Shown: positions 12,485 through 25,490 of the stretch, piece after piece
Layout of the letters: every line of letters begins with the position of its first letter
How positions within the stretch are numbered: the stretch's first letter is position 1
Source of the DNA: Strigamia acuminata
Taxonomy: Eukaryota
Direction: 5' to 3'
DNA: 64,000 nucleotides
Assembly: GCA_949358305.1 (NCBI GenBank)
Contig: OX442314.1
Span: 6,386,001-6,450,000 of the forward strand
The notes under the pieces: model-generated
What the model saw: only the letters and a program-made list of their open reading frames with translations
What the model was told of the DNA's origin: nothing
Databases searched by the model: none
Made by a program: the position numbers and the translations under genes

Positions 12485-12661
12485 CAGGGCCGATGCGACA
12501 CATATTTCCACCTGAGGCGAGCAAGGCATACACCGCTCTTTTGAACAGTAAAAAATTATTTTTGTTGAAAAAAATCGGTTTGCGCGCCCACGGATGCCAA
12601 TCCCTAGAAATATGCCGCCCGAGACGACTGCTTCGCCGCCTCACTCCTCGCGCCGGCCCTG
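12485..12661. mobile_element. hAT-type MITE
   Basis: TIRs cagggccg / cggccctg; 8 bp TSD cggtaata / cggtaaaa (7 of 8 match). Confidence 0.7.
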
Positions 12662-12816
12662 CGGTAAAACACGTGAGCAAATTTTTCTTAACCAATATGA
12701 ACTCACCTACGGTTTATAATCAAACCAAAACCTCCAAATACCTTAAACACAGGACCTCAACAACAATCTAATAAAAAGAATTATAAAATATTTTAATTTT
12801 TTTTACATATACTTAC

Positions 12817-12936
12817 TTTTTTCAGCATTCTTGCGCATGCTTGCCATGATCTAAGGTTGAGGTTCCTGTTGAGGGCGATATTCAAATTTCTAGCCGACTC
12901 GTAGTATTCAATCATGTCGAACAACGCCACTGATGT
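12817..12936 (-). CDS. PPP1R37: PPP1R37 exon 6
   Basis: ttttag|...|gtaagt; TSVALFDMIEYYESARNLNIALNRNLNLRSWQACARMLKK. Confidence 0.93.
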
Positions 12937-12960
12937 CTAAAAGTTAAATAAATAAATACA

Positions 12961-12991
<31 letters not shown>

Positions 12992-13789
12992 ATTGGAGGA
13001 TTTTTTTAAACAGACAACATTTGAATTTAAACCTCGTTATTCTATTTTATTCGGCATTAAAATATTTATTTCACCTGAATCTTGTTTTTATTAGTCGATA
13101 AAAAACAGCAATTTCTTTCTTTTCAGCTTTCACCTTATAAAGAATCCAATGACCTGAAATTTGTGATGCGGTGCACATTGGTGTTAAAATATAAAAAAAA
13201 ATTTTTAAATATAAAAATAAAATATAATAAAAAAAAATAAAAACATCAGGCCAAGGGCAAAAATAAAAAAAATAAAAGAAAAACTAATTTGTTCCACATG
13301 ACTCCAAAAAAAAAAAAAAAAAGCAAAAAGCAAAAAGCAAATGTTGACTCATTTGCATGTGAGAAAAGTCGTTAAATTTCAAGCACCTCAAACAAAGGGG
13401 TGAAAAAAATATTGTTGTTTGTTTTTTTCCTTCACAATTACATCAACTTCCGGTGAAAATTTTTCTGTTTTTGTTATCAAATAGGAAAAACTCAGCCAGG
13501 GAAATTAATTACCAACAAAATTATGACCTCAATTTGGCAAATAAAAAATAAAAAAAATTAAAAAAAAATCCAGGTCTCAATTTTAACCACAATGCAAGAG
13601 ACAGCTTTCAAGTTAAAATTATGAGGTAACCTATAAAAATCTTTTAAATTTAACAAAAAAATAATAATTCAAATTAATTCAAACATTACAGATTCAGTTA
13701 ACAGTAATAAAACCAATGACATTTAAATGTCCCACCGTTCTTTTCGGCTGCATTTGTGCCCCCGTGGTTTTGCAAGGGGAAATTAAAAC

Positions 13790-13985
13790 ATTTTGGCCGC
13801 ATTCGAGTGCTCAAATGCGGCCTGTTGCGATTAAATATTCCGCAGTGCGATTTTCGGATATTTTGGCATTTTGACCTAAGGTCGTTCAAGGTTGAAATCC
13901 GATTTCCTCGATTTCTGAAAATCAAGAAAATCACGATGTCGGAAATCCATTTAAGATTGAACGCACCTATTTTGATTTTTGAACA
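13790..13985. mobile_element. Fragment of dispersed repeat family (related pieces at 15415-15630, 45895-45995, 54910-55082)
   Basis: Shared strings: aaggtygttcaargttgaaatccgatttyctcgatttctgaaaatc (13878, 55035); 15525-15625 is the reverse complement of 45895-45995. Confidence 0.65.
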
Positions 13986-14379
13986 AAATCCTTTCCTTTT
14001 AGCAGCCAATTTTAAAAAGGGAAATTCCCCTACTCTCGGTTTCCAAATAACGACTTCAGTCGTGAGTCATGTGATCAATTTTCCAAATTCGCTATTACAA
14101 GGGCTTGTAAGAAACAAGTTTTCTAAAAACTTGTTTGTTATAACAAATAATTCATAATAGCAAAATTTGTGATGTGAAATCAAAATTTTAAACCAACCAA
14201 AGAGGACTGTACTAATCCTCCTATTACCGGGTGCACTTTCGCACTTTAGTCAACAAAAATAAAACATTTTTAACGCTTATTTCGGCTTTATTTTATTATA
14301 TAAATTAGGAGGTCCCATAAAAACCGAAATCTCATTTCCAACAATTTCTTTTAAATCAAATTTACGAAGTCCGACTGTA

Positions 14380-14563
14380 CAGTCGAAACTCTTTATAACG
14401 AATCGCGATATAATGAATTATCGATATAACAAATACCTAAAAATGGCCGGTTTGGTTGGCCGGCCATAGAACACCATGTTAAAAAATCTCGATATAATGA
14501 ATTCTCGTTGTAACGAATCGATTTTCCCGGTCCCTTGCGATTCGTTATAAAGAGTTTCGACTG
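14380..14563. mobile_element. pogo/Tigger-type MITE
   Basis: TIRs cagtcgaaactctttataacgaatcgc / gcgattcgttataaagagtttcgactg with TA TSD. Confidence 0.88.
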
Positions 14564-15136
14564 TATAAGAAATTATTTCAAGCCAATTTTTTTTCCAAGT
14601 AGACAATTACAAATGATCACCCAGATTGGGTCATATCTATTCCTCAAAAAAAAAAAAATTATAAGCAAAAAATTAAATTTCATAATATCCTAAGCAGACA
14701 CATGTGGATGTTGTAGGCACACATAAATTGGCACTAAAAAGCAACTTGTTGACAGTGTGACACCAATGCAAACAAGTTGTACAACAAATAAAACATTAAA
14801 CTGAAAAAGAAGAAAAAAAAAACTGAAAAGAAGAAGAAAATAATAAATTTAAATAAAATTCTGCATACAAGGGGTTGTTAACCTCGCAGCAAAATACAAA
14901 GAATTTCTTTCAAAATTTATTTACCCATTTGACCTCAATTTGCTTAATCTTTTATGAATCCAATCATTAAGTTCGCTTCACTTCTTGGAATTATCAATTC
15001 ATGTAGCGTGAAAAACAACCATAACAAACACGCCCACCAACATGCGACATTTACACAACACTTTTCCAGTTAGAAATGAAAAAATAATAAATAAATGAAT
15101 AAATAAATAAATAAATAAATAAATAAATTCCATTAC

Positions 15137-15237
15137 TTCTTCGTCCAAATTAGTCGCTTCCACATCGATAGTCTCAAATTGGACCCGCTTGAAAATTTCC
15201 TCCAACGCTTCGAAATGGCGGTGATCAAGTTTTTCGC
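15137..15237 (-). CDS. PPP1R37: PPP1R37 exon 5
   Basis: accag|...|gtaatg; GEKLDHRHFEALEEIFKRVQFETIDVEATNLDEE. Confidence 0.92.
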
Positions 15238-15895
15238 CTGGTCGTTTAAAAACAAGAAAATTATTAAAAATTGCAACTAACATTTAAATAATTTAACAAT
15301 TTCAGCCTGACGACTATAGGTTAACAGTGTTCACATAAGCAATAACCGTTAAAACATAAGAAAGTAACTTGACCAGTGGTTACTTAATTTCGTACGGATG
15401 TTCCTGCCGTAGAAACAGTAGGCGCGTTCAATTTCAAATCGATTCTCTCGATTATCTCGATTTTCCCTGGCGAAAATGATGCAAAACGCGTCATATTTTT
15501 TAGAATCGGATTCTCGAAAAACCGATTCTCATAATCCACGTGTGAAGGATTCTTTGGATTTCGACCCGATTTCAACTCGTTTTTCTGCCAGCCATTTTGA
15601 AATCTAATAGATCGGCAGTGGAAGCACTTTGCAAAAATGTAAGTTTATTTAAATTATTCTTATTATTATTATTTATTTAAGATCTGGGAATCGGTCAAAC
15701 ACCGGCCGACTACCGGTGCTTGGTTTCGACGGAAAACTAAGCACTTTTTGGCCGTATTCGTGCGATCGAATGCAGCCAGTGTTTGGCAGATTCCCTGTTC
15801 ATAAATAAATAATAATAATAATAATAATTTATACACACTTACACCTTCGCAAGTAATACCTGTGCATGCTCAAGATAATCAAAAACTTGAATATA

Positions 15896-16130
15896 CAGGG
15901 TGGTCTAAAAGTCTGGTTCACAGTAAATAATTCCCAAACTGTTTTAGATTTTGATTTAGCAAAATGATTGTCAGGGTAGTACTTTGGGGGAAATCCAATT
16001 ATGACATCCAACTGGACCTCAGAGGTCATCTTCAAGGTCATCCACATTGTAACTCGAGAACCGATAGAGAGAAAAAGTGAATTAGAAAGTTGTAGAGCAC
16101 GATCCAATTAGTCTAAAACTATTTTTAAAA
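15896..16130. mobile_element. Tc1/mariner-like end fragment
   Basis: ta|cagggtggtctaaaagtc start typical of mariner-type TIRs; no partner TIR found. Confidence 0.4.
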
Positions 16131-16249
16131 GCCATTTCCATCCCTTTTTGTTCAAGCCACACCGCACCGTGTTCATCGTGTCAGCGTCAATTCCTATTGC
16201 AAATGTGAACACCGAATGTCGACATCAAAAAAGAGTCTTCTAAACTTAC

Positions 16250-16295
16250 CCTTTAAACTCAAGCAATCCGCCCTGCTTGCAATAGATTCAATTTG
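16250..16295 (-). CDS. PPP1R37: PPP1R37 exon 4 (46 nt)
   Basis: tttcag|...|gtaagt; QIESIASRADCLSLKG; phases match both neighbours. Confidence 0.85.
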
Positions 16296-17164
16296 CTGAA
16301 AATACAAACAATAAAACTGATATTAAAACAAACATTATTCATCCACATTAAATTCATAATAAATAATTCATGCAAGTTTGGTCTCACAGCTGTCTTATTG
16401 TGTCTAATGAAATTTGTGCAACAACTGCAAAGACAAATTTGTGCATATCTACTTTACACAAACCCAGTAATTGTTCATCATGGTGTGCTGTCTAAATTGC
16501 CCTACTAAAAGGCCCCCAAAGACCCCGCCTTTGCTCCAAGATGCCTCGCTGGCCGTGTTTACAACAGCATGTAGTGATGCATTATTAATGAAAGCTGTTT
16601 ACGAAATCTTAACCAATGGGAATTCTCCGACGTTTCATTAGAAAACAAGTCGATGCCTTCAAAAAGATCTTTGTTTTTCAATCACGTTTTATTGCACTGT
16701 TTTGTAATTTGCATCGGAAATTTGCTTATCGGCACGGTGGAATTAATTGTCAAAATGTTGACAAAAATGGACTAAACCGTTGTTGTAATTGGATGGGAAG
16801 CGTTATCATCGGTTGAACCCAACAATGTGTTTTGTCTTGTGTTGAAATTCAACCTTTAATTCAGCAACATGTTTGCCTTAAATGAGAGCTGTCAGGAAAA
16901 GGATGTTTGAATGCCATTAAACCTTCGCCCATTATCTAAATAACCAACCCTTGCAGACACACACAATTAAGTTGCACGTGGCTCCAGATGCAACAGACCA
17001 GCAAACAAAGAGAAGTGATGCCACCATTTCAAAAGTTGAAATTTTGTAGATTGTTTAAAAACTAATTTTAAAGCTGTGCTGAATTTCAATGCATTGTTGT
17101 GCAGTTTTATGCATTGTTGCCAATTCTTGTGAAATTTCAAAGCTTTCTTGTCAATTTTTGTAAA

Positions 17165-18080
17165 ATTTCAAAGCATTGTTGTGGATTTTAAAGCATTGTT
17201 GTTGTGGATTTTAAAGCATTGTTATGGATTTTTAAGCATTGTTGTGGATTTTAAAGCATTGTTGTGGATTTTAAAGCATTGTTGTTGTGGATTTTAAAGC
17301 ATTGTTGTTGTGGATTTTAAAGCATTGTTGTGGATTTTAAAGCATTGTTGTTGTGGATTTTAAAGTATTGTTGTGGATTTTAAAGCATTGTTGTGGATTT
17401 TAAAGCATTGTTGTTGTGGATTTTAAGGCATTGTTGTTGTGGATTTTAAGGCATTGTTGTTGTGGATTTTAAGGCATTGTTGTTGTGGATTTTAAGGCAT
17501 TGTTGTGGATTTTAAGGCATTGTTGTGGATTTTAAGGCATTGTTGTGGATTTTAAGACATTGTTGTGGATTTTAAGGCATTGTTGTGGATTTTAAGGCAT
17601 TGTTGTGGATTTTAATGCATTGTTGTAAATTGTTGTCAAATTCCAAAACAGTGCCATCAAATTTAAAGCATTGTCATCAATTTTAAAGCATTGTCATCAA
17701 TTTTAAAGCATTGTCGTCAATTTTAAAGCATTGACATCAATTTTAAAGCATTGACATCAATTTTAAAAAATTGTTGTAGATTTTATGGATTTTTGAGACA
17801 TTGTTGATGGTTTTAAAGCATTGTTGATGCTTTTTAAAACATTTTTGATGCTTTTTAAAGCATTGTTGATGCTTTTTAAAACATTGTTGATGCTTTTTAA
17901 AGCATTGTTGATGCTTTTCAAAGCATTGTTGTCAAATTTCAAAGTATTACTGTTAAAATTCAAAGCATTGTCAATTTTAAAGCATTGTTATCATTTTTAA
18001 AGCATTGATATCATTTTTAAAGCATTGTTATTATTTTTAAAGCATTGATAAGGCATTTTTTGATGATTTTTAAAACATGG
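17165..18080. repeat. Tandem array, 20-23 bp unit GCATTGTTGTGGATTTTAAA drifting to GCATTGTCATCAATTTTAAA
   Basis: Visible. Confidence 0.9.
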
Positions 18081-19326
18081 CCGTGCATTTTAAAGCATTG
18101 CTATCACCGGTGGAAAATTTTTGCTAAAAACATGACGCAATTCTATTGGTGCTACTTATTCCTTTCTCCGAAAACCAAAACTTTCCTCCAAAAAATTCTT
18201 TCTTCCTATTCATCATAAACCACCGCCGCACATGTGCACACATTTGGCCTTTTACCAATTCCCAACTCCACCGTCAAACTCAATGGTTTGCTACCAAACT
18301 TGGCATCATTTTTGCATTCCTTCCCTTGGGTTCTCCCCACCTTAACCCTTTCTTTACACATTTTATTACCAAACAAACCTTTAATCTCCACCTAAAAATA
18401 CCAACACCAATTTGTCCTCAAGCAACATTTACTTATGCCATTTAAAAATAAACAATTTCATCACACCGCATGATAAATTTCCATTTCCACCACCAATGTG
18501 TCAAGGTTACTGAACTAACCAACACAAAAAATAACTTGCATCACTGACTCTAAACAGCCAAACATAACATTTTACAACTCTTTCGCAACACATTTTTACT
18601 TTACCCCAACATTACAAAATCTCCATTTTTCAATTCAATTCAATTTCTCATTGACATCAATGGTTCACAGGCAGGAAATCTATTTTTATACAATCCCTTT
18701 ATTATTTCCTATTATTATATAAAAAAAACACAATTTTTGTCCTCAATTACAGCAATTCTTGTGTGGTAAATGAACCACATCAAAAGAGCAGGAATTATTG
18801 GTTTCAAACAGAAAATGCTGCCATTCTGCAACCACTCCTGTTGTTTTTAATGCATTTCACATTACAAATTTTATGTCCGTAGTCTAGACATTATAGAAAC
18901 TTGCGTAATGCCTCTTTCGAAGCTTTACGTAAGCTCGCAGGAGAAATCACCCGTCGACACTTTGTACTGGATGTGACTCACCCTCACAAGATCGATGGAA
19001 TAGTGGTATCCTGTTTGAGCCACGTGCAAAACCCATTAAATCAATACAGATTGTTTCCCACAGATTTGTCGTATTGTTAGGTGCGTACGACGCTCTTTGC
19101 TTCTTCGTCTGGCTAGGTTTGTACTGTTGGCAATGCGTGCAACTACGGACGTAATTCTAATTAACTTATCTTACTCACACCTAACCAATAATAAATACTG
19201 CATAACAATACCGTACTTTAGCAAAAATACGGTATTCTCGGTGTCTCAGCCGTGGCTACTATTCAAGGGCGGCTACAATTTGAGGGCGACTCCTTATTGG
19301 TCGCTTGTTTTTGGCTTAAAATGTAC

Positions 19327-19674
19327 AGGCTACTTTACAATGCTGGGAATTGTTGTTCACAATCGTGCAAAGCGCAGAAAATCGGTTGCGTGTAAATTGT
19401 TAAGAAGAAAGCACGTGGAAAATTTTCAATAGACCTTTGAAAAAATGAGGTCAGCTGATCCGATCGTGTGATCGTAACAATGGTTGCCCCGTCTATGAGA
19501 AAAACCAATGCAAAATAACATTATAACGTTGTTAGTTTGTAGTTTTCTCTTTGTGGGTGTGGCCAAACTGCATTACATCATAATTTTCCAATGGTCTATT
19601 CTGAATTCGCTTCGCTGCATTGTGAACAGAAACTTCGCGCAACAATTAAATTTCCCAGCATTGTAAACTAGCCT
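19327..19674. mobile_element. PIF/Harbinger-like MITE with nested inverted-repeat element (19430-19599)
   Basis: TIRs aggctactttacaatgctgggaatt / aatttcccagcattgtaaactagcct; inner atagacctttgaaaa / ttttccaatggtctat. Confidence 0.65.
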
Positions 19675-20069
19675 TTATATCTGTGAATTTTTATCCGGTC
19701 CGTCCTTACCGAAAGACCCATTGCTGCAAGTTAGGAAAACAGTTAAATTTGCAGGTGGCAACCACAACTGCTGTTTAACAAAGGGAAAAATCCTCTCAAC
19801 AGCTGCAGTAATTAAACAATTGAAATAAGATTTGACCGTGACCCAACACAATAAACTATTGCAGTTGTGTTCAGAAGTGACTCGCATACAACAACAATAA
19901 ATGATCAGCAAATAAGCAGAAGCCATCTTACTGTACCGCCTCGTTTAAACACCCAGGCGTTTAATAGTTTTTTTCAGCCGACCCCCTGGCACCAATTTGA
20001 AGCCCGGCGTTTATTCGGACCCGACGTTAATTCTGCAAAAATCACCATTTTTTTGCAAAAAATTGGCGA

Positions 20070-20396
20070 TTAAGTCATTGGTCATTTATTTAATTAATTA
20101 TGCTAAATGCAAATTTTCTGCCCCTTAAAACTCCAGCAAAACTATTATGCTGGCTTTGCTGCCTAAGAAAGAGGGCTTCAGTTAACCGCTTTTCGCATTT
20201 ACCAATAGTGTTTAAACCAACCACTAGTTGGTAAAAAAAAATATTTTTTCACTGTTCATAACTAGCGCCCTCTATAAAATTAGTCGCAAACTTTCAAACA
20301 TCGAAACGGCGCTTTAACTAATTGACCTGAAAATTGTCCATAAATCCGTAATGCCTTATACCAGAACGGCACATTTTACCCTTATGCCTCCGAGGG
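20070..20396. mobile_element. Truncated copy of piggyBac-like MITE (full copy at 60251-60714)
   Basis: Near-identical to 60388-60714; ends ccgaggg|ttaa. Confidence 0.85.
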
Positions 20397-20974
20397 TTAA
20401 ATCAGTCAACAAAAATAGATTTTAATATTTTATGAAAAACCTGGGACTTGGAATCGAACCACAAAACACCGATTGTCGGTAACAACCGCAGTATCCTGGA
20501 TTCTTTTGTGGTTCCACCATCGATTAATTGATAGTCGACCAATAAAAAAATGAGAGTATATGGCATGCGAGAGAAGTTTGGTGACCGATTGATTTGAAAT
20601 CTTATAATTATAACCATAGCAACAAAGTTTCGACAACAGCAGCCTACTTTTAAAAGTTTCTGCCGTTTGATAACTTCGGCGTGTCAACAACCAGAACTGG
20701 CCTTTATTCCTTTTGAGGTTCGTGCCTTCGTGGTAATCTTTTTAAGTGTTTGTTTGCTGTATCCATGGAAATGCCTCATTAGAAAGCAAGATAAAACCTT
20801 TCCAACTGAAGCACTTGGAAAAACTTGCACTCGATTTCACTTTAATTGTTTACAAGAAATCATTTTCTCTTGCTCCAGAAAAACAAAATAATTACTACAA
20901 CCCAAAAATAAATTAGTGTTCTCAGGACTGCCACTACAACTGCAGTAAACCCGCTTTTCGCAAAGATAACCTCC

Positions 20975-21500
20975 TTGCTGCATGTTTTGTTGTATTATCA
21001 TTGTTCTCCACATGCTTTGTTGCAATTTCATTTTTTTCTGGATTGTTTGTTGTATTTTCATTGTTCTCTACACGTTTTTTCATTGTTTACTGCATGTTTT
21101 GTTGTATTATCATTGTTTTCTGTATGTTTTGTTGTATTATCATTGTTTTCTGCATGTTTTGTTGTATCATCATTGTTTTCTGCATGTTTTGTTGTATTAT
21201 CATTGTTTCCTACATGTTTTCTTGTATTTTAATTGTTTCCTACATGTTTTCTTGTATTTTAATTGTTTCCTACATGTTTTCTTGTATTTTAATTGTTTCC
21301 TACATGTTTTCTTGTATTTTAATTGTTTCCTACATGTTTTCTTGTATTTTAATTGTTTCCTACATGTTTTCTTGTATTTTAATTGTTTCCTACATGTTTT
21401 CTTGTATTTTAATTGTTTCCTACATGTTTTCTTATATTTTAATTGTTTTTCTGCTTGTTCTGCTGTATTTTCATTGTTTTCTGCATCTTCTATTTTATTT
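20975..21500. repeat. Tandem array, 30 bp unit TACATGTTTTCTTGTATTTTAATTGTTTCC
   Basis: Visible; central copies identical. Confidence 0.92.
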
Positions 21501-22959
21501 TCCTTGTTTCTTTGAACCCACCCCACGGAAAATAAACATTTCAATCCGGCTCCCATAATTTTTCAGTTCCAGCTTCAGCCAGTGCACAACCAGTGATTTT
21601 TAAATTCCCAGCAAATCAAATTCAAAATATTCCTTTCGCCTGCCTCGTTAACCCTCCGCAAACATCACCGAACATCCAAAAATAGCCAGACTAGAAGCAA
21701 AGGTGAAGCGCGTGAAACCCGTAAACACCGACTTGCAAATACCATCAAAATGTAACAAAATTCACATCAAATGACAAAAACAAGTCGTTAAACACTTTTT
21801 ACAACCTTGTTATTGATTCGAATTACACTATAACCAGAACAAAATACGGGAGAAACAAACAGCCAATTAAGTCCGCCGTTAACCGCTTACAACCCTTCGC
21901 AACCACACCGACAAACTCAAAAGGATTCAGACAGATCCAGAAGGATTCTAGCCCACTAGAACGTCGATTATCCGAACTAATTGGGAAACACGCGCGTTCG
22001 TAATCTTTTTACGCCGTTTTACCGTACCGCCTCGAATAAACGACGGGGCGTTTATTACTTTGTTAGTTTTAGGATGAATTCAAGAGTGTGCCAAAACTCC
22101 AAATTTGAGCTTGGTGCAACGGTAAATCCTCTAATAGAACGCGGGCGTTTTAATTACAAAACCCAGATTTCCCCGCGCAGTAAGTCCGATGGGAATCCGT
22201 GCACAATGAGAGGATTTACGGTACATGCTGTACGGTACGTTATGTTAAAAAAAGCAATGAAAAAGCGCTGCTAGAAGGGGTCCACAGACCGTAAATCCGC
22301 CACTGGCATCCTGTATTAAAATGTTCATAACAAGTGAATACGTTGAATAAACAAGTCGGTAGATAACATCGAAATGCAGTCCAGGAACCGGATTCACATA
22401 TAAATAGTTTACAAATGACATAGTTAACTAATGATAGGGTGTTACAAGTATTACCTAATCTAGTATCTAATGGTCCCCTTGGTAAGTACCAATTATTGCA
22501 TTTTTTTGGAATATTGTAGAATTTAACATGGTCAACCTACTTAGTTTTGTGGATACAATAAACCGTGTTAAACGGAGAGAAAAATCAATGACAGCTTTCA
22601 GTTGGGCTTGATGAAGCAAAACAGTAATTAAAACTGTACACTTGTGTAATTACAGTAATTATTTTCTGTTTTATGTGATGTTGAGAAATAAATAAATAAA
22701 TAAATACGGAGTAAATAAAATAAATAAATATGTAATATGATTTCAGTTAAATGTGTTATTTTTGTTTGTGTTAATGGGTTTTCAGCTACAAAGTAAACGC
22801 AAGCAATTGCAAACAAAAAGGATTCAGTTCCTTTGCCACACAGGAAACAAAGCATCATTAAGCGAAGTAGTCATAATCTTGTTCGAGCCAGACATGGGCA
22901 GTGCACTGCTGGGTAACTACACTTTTGGGCTAAAAGGGTCAAGTGTGGTGCTGCAAAGG

Positions 22960-23400
22960 TCAATTTTGTGCAATAAAGGGGCATTTTGTGTCTAAAAACA
23001 GCATTTTATACATAGAAACTAAATTTTTGTATTGAACAAATGCAATTTTGTAGGTTAATGCATAAAAATTGCATTAATTTGCCTAAAAAATGCATTTTTG
23101 TGCCTAAAACATACAAAAATTCATTTTTTCCTAAAAAGAGCATTTTGTGTCTAAAAACAGCATTTTATACCTGGGAACTAAATTTTTGTATTGAACCAAT
23201 GCAATTTAGTAGTTTAATGCATAAAAATTGCATTTATTTTCCTACAAAATGCATCTTTGGGCCTAAAAACCACATTATTGTGCCTAAATAATGCATTATT
23301 GTACCTAAAAAATGCATTTTTGTGCCTAAAAACCGCATTTTTGGGCCTAAAAACCGCATTTTTGGGCCTAAAAACCGCATTTTTGGGCCTAAAACATACA
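22960..23400. repeat. Degenerate 21 bp array (AAAAACCGCATTTTTGGGCCT) with a larger internal duplication
   Basis: Visible. Confidence 0.75.
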
Positions 23401-23432
23401 AAAATTTATTTTATCCTTTTAGACCAACTTAC

Positions 23433-23530
23433 TTGAAGCTGTTGAATCACTTTGTTGATGGGCTTAATACTGAGCGTTTCGCACGCCGATTTGTACACTT
23501 GCACTAAATCCTCCGATGTCACATCCAATG
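23433..23530 (-). CDS. PPP1R37: PPP1R37 exon 3
   Basis: cgttag|...|gtaagt; ALDVTSEDLVQVYKSACETLSIKPINKVIQQLQ. Confidence 0.88.
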
Positions 23531-23538
23531 CTAACGAA

Positions 23539-23589
<51 letters not shown>

Positions 23590-24229
23590 ATGAATAAATA
23601 AAAATTAATTCAGTTTGCGCATTTCTGCCATCAAAAACCCAAATAAAACAATCCCACCATTAAAAAACTAAAAAAAAAAAAATAAAACTTTTATTTATTT
23701 CGATTTTTCTGCCACCATTGTGGACCAGAATAAACAAACCACTTAATTAATTTGGCGAGCAGTTTCGACATCAATCGTTAATAAGGAACGAGTGATGTCA
23801 TGATTTTTATCGAGTTTTATTTTTTTCCCCTTCCCTTTCATAGCCGACCTTGAAAAAATGAAACACGTTTCTCCGCTCGCTGACCTTGATCACATATTTA
23901 CAATGCGCCGCCATTTTCTCCTTTCGCTGGCTAACTCGCGCCCTCCCCCGCTTATCCGCTTGGAATAAATGAGTTGAGGGCGATGCGAGTTTTTGCTGCT
24001 TGGATATTCCAATTGGGGAAGGCGGAGGGAAAATGATGGAAAAGTTGATGGTTGGGTGGATGGTGGGATGTGTTAGTCAGTCGTTGACTCGGGTAATTTG
24101 ATGAGCGGTGATGGGGTGCGTTTGGGGTGCGAGTTTTTGGTTGTTTTTTTTTTGGATTGGTGGATTGGTGGGTTGGTGGAAATGTTGGAAAGTAGTTGGG
24201 AAAGTAGTTGGGGTTTTGAATAGATTTTT

Positions 24230-24600
24230 TTAAGTGAAAAATTTAATTTTTGAAGTGAAAAAGTCTGTTTTTGAGGTGAAAAAGTCTGTTTTTGAGGTGA
24301 AAAATTCAATTTTTGAGGTCAAAAATTCAATTTTTGAAATGAAAAATTCAATGGAAATGAAAAATTCAATTTTTGAGATAAAAAATTTAATTTTTGAGAT
24401 GAAAAATTTAATTTTTGAGATAAAAAATTCATTTTTGAGGTAAAAAATTCATTTTTTGATGTTAAAAATTTCATTTTATAGATGAAAAATTCATTTTTTG
24501 AGGTGAAAATTCATTTTTTGAGGTGAAAATTCATTTTTTGAGGTGAAAATTCATTTTTTGAGGTGAAAATTCATTTTTTGAGATGAAAAATCCAATTATT
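24230..24600. repeat. Tandem array, 20-21 bp unit TTTTTGAGGTGAAAATTCAT
   Basis: Visible. Confidence 0.85.
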
Positions 24601-25000
24601 GCTTTAAATTTCTCATTCTTATATGAAATTAAACTTTTTTCGTGAAGAAAAATTGCATTTCTGACCAAAAACCGTTAGTTTTGATCCTTAAAACCCAATG
24701 TTTTACCTCACACACTCAATTTTGGTCTTCAACATCCAATAGTTTAATTTAAACAATTCAATATGTACCTCAAAAATCAAACACTCTCTTCACAATGCAA
24801 TATTTAATTGAAAAAATATCATTTTCCAAAACAATTCACACTTAACCTTTCCATATTCAATTTCTATTAGCCTGGCCTGTGCGATATTGCAACACATCGC
24901 AATGCAATTTTTAAATTTGTGTATTGCATATTCGTATCGCAACGAGATATCGCAAACGATATATCGCAATTTTGCGATATAATGCGATAATCGGAGGTTT

Positions 25001-25110
25001 CTTCATTTCGTCGCCCTTCATTTCGTCGCCGTGTCATTTCGTCGCCGTTTTTGGCGACGAAATGACACCCAAAACGGAAAAATGGCGACGAAATGAAGAG
25101 CGACGAAATG
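25001..25110. mobile_element. Small foldback element (3x ATTTCGTCGCC then 3 inverted copies)
   Basis: catttcgtcgcc x3 followed by gcgacgaaatg x3. Confidence 0.65.
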
Positions 25111-25164
25111 ATATGGCTAAACAATGAAAACAACCCAAACCGAACAGAAGGGCCGAATTTCTAT

Positions 25165-25490
25165 CACAAAAATTCAATTTTAACCACAAAAATTCAATTG
25201 TAACCACAAAAATTCAACTTTAACCACAAAAATTAAATCTTAGCTACTAAAAAATTCAATTTTAGCCACAAAAATTCAATTTTAGACGCTAAAAATTCAA
25301 TTTTAGACGCTAAAAATTCAATTTTAGCCACAAAAATTCAATTTTAACCACAAAAATTCAATTTTAACCACAAAAATTCAATTTTAACCACAAAAATTCA
25401 ATTTTAGCTACTAAAAAATTCAATTTAAGCCACAAAAATTCAACTTTAACCATAAAAATTCAATTTTAGACACTAAAAATTCAATTTTCA
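25165..25490. repeat. Tandem array, 20-21 bp unit AAAAATTCAATTTTAACCAC
   Basis: Visible. Confidence 0.88.
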
